Of a stretch of 40,000 nt of DNA, positions 33,480 to 40,000 are shown in pieces (the first letter of the stretch is position 1; the number at the start of each line of letters is the position of its first letter). The translations under genes were made by a program, and so were the position numbers. Source of the DNA: Actinomycetota bacterium. GTDB lineage: Bacteria; Actinomycetota; UBA4738; HRBIN12. The notes under the pieces are model-generated. The model was not told the DNA's origin and searched no databases. It saw only the letters and a program-made list of their open reading frames with translations. The stretch covers positions 7,978 through 47,977 of the forward strand of contig DATMBJ010000161.1 in assembly GCA_035559315.1 (NCBI GenBank). Direction: 5' to 3'.

Positions 33480-35566
33480 GCACCCACCCCCGTCGCGATC
33501 CGGAGCGGGATCCGGCCGCGCACCCGGGTCCCCTGGCCCGGCGCGCTCCTCACCTCCAGCTCGCCCTCGAGGGCCTCGACGCGATCCCGCATCACCTGCA
33601 GGCCCCTGCCGGGCGGGGTGGCGGCTGGGTCGAAGCCGGGGCCGCCGTCGAGCACCTCGAACCGGACCGCGTCCTCCTCGCGATCCAGGCGCACGACGAC
33701 CGGAGCATCCGGCGCGTGGCGCTGCACGTTCCGCAGGGCCTGGACCAGGCAGAAGTAGATCGCGGCCTCGGTCTCCGGCTGGAGCCGCGCCGCCGCCATC
33801 GGCTCGTCCACCGAGACCTCGGCCTCGATCCCCGCCTTGCGCACGAGGGCCCGGAGGGCCGCCACGACCCCCTCGTCGGCGAGGAGCGGCGGGTAGATCC
33901 CTCGGGCGAGGTCGCGGAGCTCCTCGAGCGTCGCGTTGGCGACTCCGCCCAGCTCCTCGAGCACCGCGCCGGCTTCCGCCGGGTCGGTCGGCGCCAGGCC
34001 GGCTGCCCGGTCCACCTCGGCCCGCATCGTGAGCAGGTGCCGCTCCGGCCCCTCCCGGATCTCCCGCTCCAAGCGCCGGCGCTCCTCGTCGCGGGCGGTG
34101 ACCAGCCGCTCGCGGGAGCGGCGGAGGTCCTCGGCCTGCGCCGTGAGCTCCTCCAGCCGGGCCTCCAGCTCGGCGGCGAGGCCCGCGTTCCGGAGGGCGA
34201 GGCCCGCCTGCGAGGCGAGGTCCTCGAGCAGGCGGCGCTCGGCCGGGGTGAGCGGGTCGCCCGGCGCCTTGGAAACGGCGATCTCCCCCACCCGCTCGCC
34301 CCGGTGCTCGACGGGCACGGCGGCGGTCTCCGGAAGCTGCGGGTCGACCTCCGGCCAGGCCGCCTCGCGCCGCGTTCCGTCGGGCAGGGCCAGAGCGACC
34401 CGCCCCCAGGCGGCGCCCACGCCGCGCGCGGCCACCTCCGCCATCGCGGGGAGGGTCTCGTCCACGGACAGCGTGTCCGCCATGCGATGCGCGAAGCCGG
34501 CCATGACCTCGTAGGGCGTCGCCCGCTCCCCGTACACGAGTCGGTTGGCCAGCCGCTGGACCCGCTCCCGGACCGGCTGGAACGCCACCGCGACGACCGC
34601 GGTCGCCGCGATCTGGAGCGCCACGCTCGGCTCCCCCACCCTGCCCAGAGCGGACCCCAGCCCCACCACGATCGCCACGTAGACGCCGGTGACGAACGCG
34701 GCGAGTGCCCCGAACACCACCGTGCGGTTGATCACGAGGTCGATGTCGAACAGGCGGTGCCGCACGATCGCGATCCCGCACGCGATCGGGATGAAGGCGA
34801 GGCCGAGCAAGATGACGGACCCGAAGATCCGGGAGCGGTCGAGCGCGGGCACGAGCGTCGCGAGCGCGATCGACGACGCGAGGAGTATCGCGGCGAAGCT
34901 GAACCACTTGAGTTGGAGGCGCTCCTCGCCCCGCGACCGACGGAACCGGACGAGGAGCGAGGCGGCCGCCGCGACGAGGATCGCGCCGAACACCAGGGAG
35001 AAGATCTGGAAGGCGAGCGTCTCCTCGATGTCGCGCACGCCCGTCCACTCGACGCCGATCGGGTTCGGGACCGTGCGGCCGACCATCGACAGCGTCGGCC
35101 GGAGCGCCGAGGCGACGGTGATCGCCGCCACCGACAGCACGGCGAGCCACAGGACCGGCCGCCAACCGCGCGAGGGGAGCCCTGAGGGGAAGAGCAGCAG
35201 GGGGAACGCGGTGGCCATCGCGACGAGGGGGTACCAGAACCAGGTCTGGCTCCAGGCGGCCAGGATCCCGAGCGCCGAGGGCGGGCCGGGTCGCGAGAAG
35301 GCGATCTCCGCGTAGTCCTCCCCGACGGCCCCCACGGCGACCAGGACCCCGATCCCCAGGAAGAGCCAGCCGATCGGGTTCCCGGGGCGCCTCGACGCGA
35401 CGACGGCCCCGACGGTGGGGAACGCCGTGAAGGCCACGAGGAGGGGGACGTCCTGGAGGGGGTCCCCGGAGATCTCCGGCCCGGTGACGGCCAGGTCCCA
35501 GCCGAGCCCGATCGCGAAGAGCGTCCAGAGCCCCCAGGCCAGCGCGAAGATCGCACGGGGCCTCAC
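33476..35566 (-). CDS. Polytopic sensor-kinase paralog lacking the phospho-acceptor His (array member HK2, probable pseudokinase)
   Basis: The architecture matches the others (SRRPGNPIGWLFL, RFRRSRGEERLQLKW, RHRLFDIDLVINR, GAF-like region, N-box VQALRNVQRHA, DGGPGFD). The H-box, however, reads EERRRLEREIREGPERHLL, with Arg codon CGG at 34055-34057 where the paralogs have His. GTG 35564-35566 overlaps the HK3 stop. Confidence 0.85.
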   Translation of the reverse strand: MRPRAIFALAWGLWTLFAIGLGWDLAVTGPEISGDPLQDVPLLVAFTAFPTVGAVVASRRPGNPIGWLFLGIGVLVAVGAVGEDYAEIAFSRPGPPSALGILAAWSQTWFWYPLVAMATAFPLLLFPSGLPSRGWRPVLWLAVLSVAAITVASALRPTLSMVGRTVPNPIGVEWTGVRDIEETLAFQIFSLVFGAILVAAAASLLVRFRRSRGEERLQLKWFSFAAILLASSIALATLVPALDRSRIFGSVILLGLAFIPIACGIAIVRHRLFDIDLVINRTVVFGALAAFVTGVYVAIVVGLGSALGRVGEPSVALQIAATAVVAVAFQPVRERVQRLANRLVYGERATPYEVMAGFAHRMADTLSVDETLPAMAEVAARGVGAAWGRVALALPDGTRREAAWPEVDPQLPETAAVPVEHRGERVGEIAVSKAPGDPLTPAERRLLEDLASQAGLALRNAGLAAELEARLEELTAQAEDLRRSRERLVTARDEERRRLEREIREGPERHLLTMRAEVDRAAGLAPTDPAEAGAVLEELGGVANATLEELRDLARGIYPPLLADEGVVAALRALVRKAGIEAEVSVDEPMAAARLQPETEAAIYFCLVQALRNVQRHAPDAPVVVRLDREEDAVRFEVLDGGPGFDPAATPPGRGLQVMRDRVEALEGELEVRSAPGQGTRVRGRIPLRIATGVGA

Positions 35567-37719
35567 GGGACGGCCTCCACGACGCGGATCGGGACCTCGC
35601 CCTCGACCGTCGTTCCCCGGCCCGGCGGCGAGCGCACCTCGAGGCGGCCCCCCAGCGCCTCCACCCGGTCGGCCATGTTGCGCAGGCCCGCGCCGGCGGG
35701 GACGGTGGCGGGGTCGAAGCCCCTCCCGTCGTCCCGGACCGAGAAGAAGAGGTGACCGGCCGCCTCGGCGAGCTGGATCCGGACCTCGCTCGCGGCCGCG
35801 TGCTTCACGGCGTTCTGGAGCGCCTCCAGGCACGCGAAGTACACCGCCGCCTCGGTCTCGATCGGCCGCCGGGCCAGCCCGTCGGCCTCGATCCGCACGG
35901 GGACGTCCGCCAGTCGGGCCTGGTCCTCCAGGGCGGCCGCGATGCCGCGCTCCTCGAGGACCGCCGGGTAGATCCCGCCGGCCAGGTCCCGGAGCGTCGC
36001 CAGCGCCTGGTCGATCTCGGCCCGGAGCTCCTCCAGGAGCTCCGCGGCCCGACGGGGGTCGCGGGCCAGGACGTCCCGGGCCAGACGGAACTTCACGGCG
36101 AGCGCCACGAGGTGCTGCTGCGCGCCGTCGTGGATGTTCCGCTCCAGGCGCCGCCGCTCCGCGTCGTGCGCGGCCACGATCCTCCGGCGCGACGAACGGA
36201 GCTCCTCCGCCCGGGCCGCGATCTGCTCCAGGCGGGCCCGGAGCACCTCGGTGAGGCGAGCGTTGCGGAGCACCTGGCCGGCCTGCTTCGCCAGGTCGTC
36301 GAGGAGGGACTCCTCGGCCGGCGCGAGCGGCTCGCCGGCGGGCTTCGCCACGGCGACGGCCCCCAGGAACTCCCCCTGGTGCTCGACCAGGACGGCACGG
36401 GTGGCGCCGGGGAGCTCCGGGAGCCGTCCATCGACCATCGGGAGCGATAGGAGACGCCTCCCCTCGTCCTCCGGCCATGCCGCGCCGAGGCGGAGGTCCT
36501 CACCGACGCGGAGCCACACCTCCGCCCGGGCGGCGCCGGTGCCCTCCCCGATCACCCGGGCCGTCCGGGGCAGGACGTCCTCGCTGGCGTAGGTGCCGGC
36601 GGCCCGGGACGCGAAGCGGGCCAGGACCTCGTAGGGCTCGGCCCGCCCCCCGTAGACGAGGCGGTTCGCCAGGCGCCGGGCCCGCTCCCGGACCGGCTGG
36701 AACGCGAGCGCCACGAGCGCGGTCGCCGCCATCTGGAGGGTGAGGTCGGGCTCCGCCCTCCCGAGGAGCGACCCCACGCCGACGACGACGCCGATGTAGA
36801 CGGCCGTGATGAACGCTGCCAGCACACCGAAGACGACCGTCTTGTTGATGACGACGTCGATGTCGTAGAGGCGGTACTTGAGGACGGCGATCGCCACGGC
36901 GGCCGGCGTCCCCACGAGGAACGTGAGGGTGACCGCCACCCAGTAGATCGCCCCCGCTGTGTGCCCGAGCGCGTCCTCTGCCACCAGGAGGTCGAGCAGG
37001 AAGCCGGTGAGGACCAGGAGCGCGGCCAGGACGCCGACGTAGACCAGCCACCTGAGCTGGTGCCGTTCCTCCCCCCGGGCCCGGCGGTACCGCAGGACGA
37101 GGGAGGCGACGCCGAGGGCGCCCGAGGCCACCACCATCGCCACGCCGCCGTTCACCAGGGCGGTGGTGAGGGCCTCCGTCCCCGGGATCCCGACGGGGTT
37201 GGGGATGGACGGGATCCTGGGATCGGGGTCTCCGTAGATCTCCCCCGGCCGGAACGCCGCCCACGCCGTCACGCACGCGGCCCCCGCCCACCAGAGGTGC
37301 GTCGCCCATCGCCATCGCGGCCCGGCCACCCGCCCTGTGGGGAACAGCGCGAACAGGAGCGGCACCGGGAGCGCCATCCACATCCCGACGAGATCATTGA
37401 CCCAGGCCACCGCGGGGATGAGAGGGAGACCATCGACGCCGGTGGTGTAGGCGGCCTGGATGTAGCTCTCCGTGAGGAACGTGAGGCCGGCCGAGAGCGC
37501 GATCACCTGGAACAGCCAGCCGATCGCGTTCCCGGCCCTCCTCACGATGAATGCCCCCAGCAGGGAGGTCCCGCCCATCCCCAGGGCGACGGGGGACCAT
37601 CCCCAACCGCCGCCGCCCCGTGCGCCGGAGGCAGCGATGGCGACCCCGAGGACCCCGGCGAGGACCACGGTGAGCCAGAACACCGAAGTCGAGAGGTGGC
37701 GCGCGGTCCTGGTGTTCAT
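35563..37719 (-). CDS. Polytopic sensor histidine kinase, GAF-like + HisKA_3 + HATPase_c (HK3)
   Basis: H-box is AERRRLERNIHDGAQQHLVAL, N-box LEALQNAVKHA, followed by RDDGRGFD and GAGLRNMADR. ATG 37717-37719 overlaps the HK4 stop (ATGA). Confidence 0.9.
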   Translation of the reverse strand: MNTRTARHLSTSVFWLTVVLAGVLGVAIAASGARGGGGWGWSPVALGMGGTSLLGAFIVRRAGNAIGWLFQVIALSAGLTFLTESYIQAAYTTGVDGLPLIPAVAWVNDLVGMWMALPVPLLFALFPTGRVAGPRWRWATHLWWAGAACVTAWAAFRPGEIYGDPDPRIPSIPNPVGIPGTEALTTALVNGGVAMVVASGALGVASLVLRYRRARGEERHQLRWLVYVGVLAALLVLTGFLLDLLVAEDALGHTAGAIYWVAVTLTFLVGTPAAVAIAVLKYRLYDIDVVINKTVVFGVLAAFITAVYIGVVVGVGSLLGRAEPDLTLQMAATALVALAFQPVRERARRLANRLVYGGRAEPYEVLARFASRAAGTYASEDVLPRTARVIGEGTGAARAEVWLRVGEDLRLGAAWPEDEGRRLLSLPMVDGRLPELPGATRAVLVEHQGEFLGAVAVAKPAGEPLAPAEESLLDDLAKQAGQVLRNARLTEVLRARLEQIAARAEELRSSRRRIVAAHDAERRRLERNIHDGAQQHLVALAVKFRLARDVLARDPRRAAELLEELRAEIDQALATLRDLAGGIYPAVLEERGIAAALEDQARLADVPVRIEADGLARRPIETEAAVYFACLEALQNAVKHAAASEVRIQLAEAAGHLFFSVRDDGRGFDPATVPAGAGLRNMADRVEALGGRLEVRSPPGRGTTVEGEVPIRVVEAVP

Positions 37720-39776
37720 CCGCCATCCCCCCGCACGGGGATGCGGCCCTCCACGACCGTGCCGCTGCCCGTCGCGCTCCGGATCTCGAGAGACCCGCCG
37801 AGCGCGTCGAGCCGGTCGGCCATGTTCCGGAGCCCGGCGCCGAGCGGCGTGGAGTTCGGATCGAACCCCGGGCCGTCGTCCTCCACCGCGAACCGCAGCT
37901 CGCGGTCCTCGGGCCACAGGCGGACGATCACGCGGGACCCGGGCGCGTACTTCGCGGCGTTCTGGAGGGCCTCGAGCACGCAGAAGTACACGGCCGCCTC
38001 GACCTCGGGTGGATACCGCCCCACCGCGTCGGCGTCGACCGTGACGGCGACCGGGGCCTTCCGGGCCTGTGCCTGGAGGGCCGACGCCAGCCCCTCGTCA
38101 GCGAGCAGTGGCGGGTAGATCCCGCGGGCCAGGTCGCGGAGGTCGTCGAGCGCCCGGCCCATCTCCTCCCGGAGCTCGGCCAGGATCTCGTGCGCTCGCT
38201 CATCGTCCCCACCGACGAGGGAGTCCGCCAGCCGGGCCTTCACGGCGAGCGCCACGAGCTGCTGCTGCGCGCCGTCGTGGATGTTCCGCTCGATCCGTCG
38301 GCGCTCCTCGTCCTGGGCGGCCACCAGGCGCTGCCGGGACGCCCGGAGGTCCTCGATCAGCCGCACGTTCCGCAGGACCAGCCCGGCCTGGGCCGCGACG
38401 TCGCGGATCAGGTCCTCCTGGGTCGGCGTGAGCGGCTCGTTCGGCGGCATCGCGACGGAGATCGCCCCCAAGAGCTCGCCCTGGTGGCGGACCTCGAACG
38501 CCGGGTCGAGCGGCGCCGGATCGGCGCCGGCCGGCCACGTGACGGCCGGGCGGTGCGCGTCCGCGGTGCGCAGCCAGATCGTCACGCGAGCGGCCCCCGT
38601 GCCCTCGGCGAGGACGCGGGCCATCCGGGGCAGGACGTCGTCGAGGGAGTAGGAGCCGGCTAGGCGGGCGGAGAACTCGGCGAGGACCTCGTACGGTGTG
38701 GCCCGTTCCCCGTACACGAGCCGGTTCGCGAGTCGCTGCGCCCGACGCCGCACGGGCTGGAACGCGACGGCCACGACCGCCGCGGCGACCCCCGAGAGCA
38801 GGACGTTCCCCCGGCTCCCGATGGCGGCCCCCACCCCCACGACGATCCCGACGTAGACGAGCGTGATGAACGCGGCGAGGAGCCCGACCGCGACGGCCTT
38901 CGAGATCACGACGTCGATGTCCCACAGCCGGTGCTTGAGGATCGCGATCCCCACCGCCACCGGGACGGTGGCGAACGAGAGGATCACGAGCGTCTCGAGC
39001 GCATCCGACGTCGGTGACTCCTGGGGTCCACGTTGCGCGCCCACGCCCACCGTGAGGAAGCTCAGCGACAGGGTGACGGCGACGAGCAGCCCGGAGGAGG
39101 CGAGCCACTTGAGCTGCTGCCGCTCGTCCCCGCCTGCGCGCCGGTAGCGCACGACGAGCGAGGAAGCCCCGGCGAGGGCCGCCGCCGTGTACAGCGGGAG
39201 GCCGAGGAGGTACACGAGCGCCGGCGTACCGCTCACGTCCAGGACGCCGAAGGGGTTCTCGAGCACGGAGAAGTTCTCGAGCGGCCCCCGGGTGAGGGCG
39301 AGGCCCGCCGAGGCCACGATGACTCCCACGGCGCCGATCACCGGGACCACCCGCCAGCGTCGGGACGGCAGAGCCCCGGTCGGGAAGATCGGGAACAGGA
39401 AGACCGCGACGAGCGACGTGGCGGGGACCCAGATCCAGGCCGGCACCCAGGCGGCGACGGTTCCTCCGGGGAGCGCCCCTGGCTCCGTGAGCACGGCGTA
39501 GACCGCGTAGTCCTGCGCGAGTTCCTGGACGGCGGAGAGCACGCCGACGGCGAGGAACATCCACCCGATCGGGTTCCCCGGGCGCCGCGAGGCGACGACC
39601 GCCCCGACCGTGGGGAAGACGACGACGAAGATGAGGGTGAACCCCCGGAACCCGAACGTGCCGGCAGGGAGCGGCGTCCGCCAGCCGAGCACGAGGAACA
39701 CGCTGGCGACCACCCCCAGGGCGATCGCCAGCGCCCAGAGCGACCAGGCCAGGCGCCTCGCGGGGGACGGGTTCAC
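37716..39776 (-). CDS. Polytopic sensor histidine kinase, GAF-like + HisKA_3 + HATPase_c (HK4)
   Basis: H-box is EERRRIERNIHDGAQQQLVAL, N-box LEALQNAAKYA, followed by EDDGPGFD and GAGLRNMADR. GTG 39774-39776 overlaps the HK5 stop (GTGA). Confidence 0.9.
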   Translation of the reverse strand: MNPSPARRLAWSLWALAIALGVVASVFLVLGWRTPLPAGTFGFRGFTLIFVVVFPTVGAVVASRRPGNPIGWMFLAVGVLSAVQELAQDYAVYAVLTEPGALPGGTVAAWVPAWIWVPATSLVAVFLFPIFPTGALPSRRWRVVPVIGAVGVIVASAGLALTRGPLENFSVLENPFGVLDVSGTPALVYLLGLPLYTAAALAGASSLVVRYRRAGGDERQQLKWLASSGLLVAVTLSLSFLTVGVGAQRGPQESPTSDALETLVILSFATVPVAVGIAILKHRLWDIDVVISKAVAVGLLAAFITLVYVGIVVGVGAAIGSRGNVLLSGVAAAVVAVAFQPVRRRAQRLANRLVYGERATPYEVLAEFSARLAGSYSLDDVLPRMARVLAEGTGAARVTIWLRTADAHRPAVTWPAGADPAPLDPAFEVRHQGELLGAISVAMPPNEPLTPTQEDLIRDVAAQAGLVLRNVRLIEDLRASRQRLVAAQDEERRRIERNIHDGAQQQLVALAVKARLADSLVGGDDERAHEILAELREEMGRALDDLRDLARGIYPPLLADEGLASALQAQARKAPVAVTVDADAVGRYPPEVEAAVYFCVLEALQNAAKYAPGSRVIVRLWPEDRELRFAVEDDGPGFDPNSTPLGAGLRNMADRLDALGGSLEIRSATGSGTVVEGRIPVRGDGG

Positions 39777-40000
39777 GGGACGGCCCCCTGGCGGATCGGA
39801 AGCCTCCCCGCCACAACGGTGCCCGCCCCTGGAGAGGTGCGAACCTCGAGCGAGCCCCCGAGGGCCTCGATGCGGTCGGCCATGTTCTGGAGGCCGGCCC
39901 CCCGGGGGGTGGTGGACGGGTCGAAGCCCGGCCCGTCGTCCTCCACGGCGAACGCCAGCTCGCCGCCGGAGGCCGACAGGCGGACCCGGATCGCCGATCC
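39773..40000 (-). CDS. Sensor histidine kinase, C-terminal HATPase_c fragment only (HK5; 5' part beyond window)
   Basis: This ORF is not in the supplied track. My own translation of the minus strand gives ...IRVRLSASGGELAFAVEDDGPGFDPSTTPRGAGLQNMADRIEALGGSLEVRTSPGAGTVVAGRLPIRQGAVP-stop (TGA 39773-39775), colinear with the C-termini of HK1-4. Confidence 0.8.
   Translation of the reverse strand, partial: GSAIRVRLSASGGELAFAVEDDGPGFDPSTTPRGAGLQNMADRIEALGGSLEVRTSPGAGTVVAGRLPIRQGAVP

Larger units (their letters stand above)
31260..40000 (-). repeat. Tandem paralog array of sensor-kinase genes (period about 2.06-2.22 kb, at least 5 units)
   Basis: Five colinear genes in the same orientation have zero intergenic space. 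Conserved blocks exist at the nucleotide level, e.g. 31791-31940 vs 38241-38390. Confidence 0.9.

Noticed and set aside
34037-34042. His in ERHLL of HK2, six residues after the lost acceptor position, as a register-shifted phospho-acceptor.
   Set aside because: It does not align with the HDG histidine of the three intact paralogs, and its flanking residues are not H-box-like. I retained it only as a stated way to refute the pseudokinase call.
33480-35165. In-frame upstream extensions that would merge neighbouring genes into giant proteins: HK1 to 35165, HK2 to 36478, HK3 to 37917, USP to 10099, LCP to 13008, and APC2 back to 18965.
   Set aside because: The extended parts are low-complexity and overlap the well-supported upstream paralog or gene in another frame. 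Homology-consistent N-termini and GTGA/ATGA coupled starts give the shorter models.
31260-40000. Roughly 2.1-kb periodic self-similarity might have been a non-coding tandem repeat, a CRISPR-like array or a mobile-element pile-up.
   Set aside because: The periodicity is fully explained by intact paralogous kinase ORFs. There are no short direct repeats with unique spacers, and no transposase, integrase or terminal inverted repeats at the visible boundary (31209-31259).

Overview
Very GC-rich, almost gap-free coding segment with actinobacterial-type synteny: an MrfA-like helicase upstream of topA-tmk-holB, and OB-fold-trkA-trkA-APC permease. I can support 31 protein-coding genes, two of them cut by the window edges. 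I found no rRNA, tRNA, CRISPR array, transposase, integrase or obvious mobile-element boundary. Layout: 1-5.4 kb holds a phosphodiesterase-family enzyme, a VOC protein, an atypical LuxR regulator, a Wzx-like flippase, a TIGR00725 protein and a membrane coiled-coil protein. 5.4-12.7 kb is one long minus-strand gene string (hypothetical, LCP, CaCA-like, TerC, tandem USP, helicase). 12.8-23.6 kb is an ion-homeostasis block (NhaA, K+-independent H+-PPase, OB-fold protein, two TrkA, two tandem APC permeases with duplicated USP-like tails, HD hydrolase). 23.6-30.8 kb holds YihY, DedA, topA with four Zn ribbons, an MFS-dTMP kinase fusion and holB. The most unusual part is 30.8-40 kb. An intact stand-alone NarL-type receiver faces a head-to-tail array of at least five paralogous polytopic GAF/HisKA_3 sensor kinases. 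The kinases are joined by 4-nt start/stop overlaps, there is no DNA-binding response regulator in the window, and the second kinase has lost its phospho-accepting histidine. A second oddity is a near-identical C-terminal tail (E-x-E-x-x-LR-x-LGY-[LI]-[DE]-stop) on two adjacent, unrelated enzymes at 1.1-1.6 kb. All calls rest on reading the ORF translations and the sequence by eye; no database search was run. The many very long R/G/P/A-rich ORFs in other frames are high-GC shadow ORFs and were rejected.
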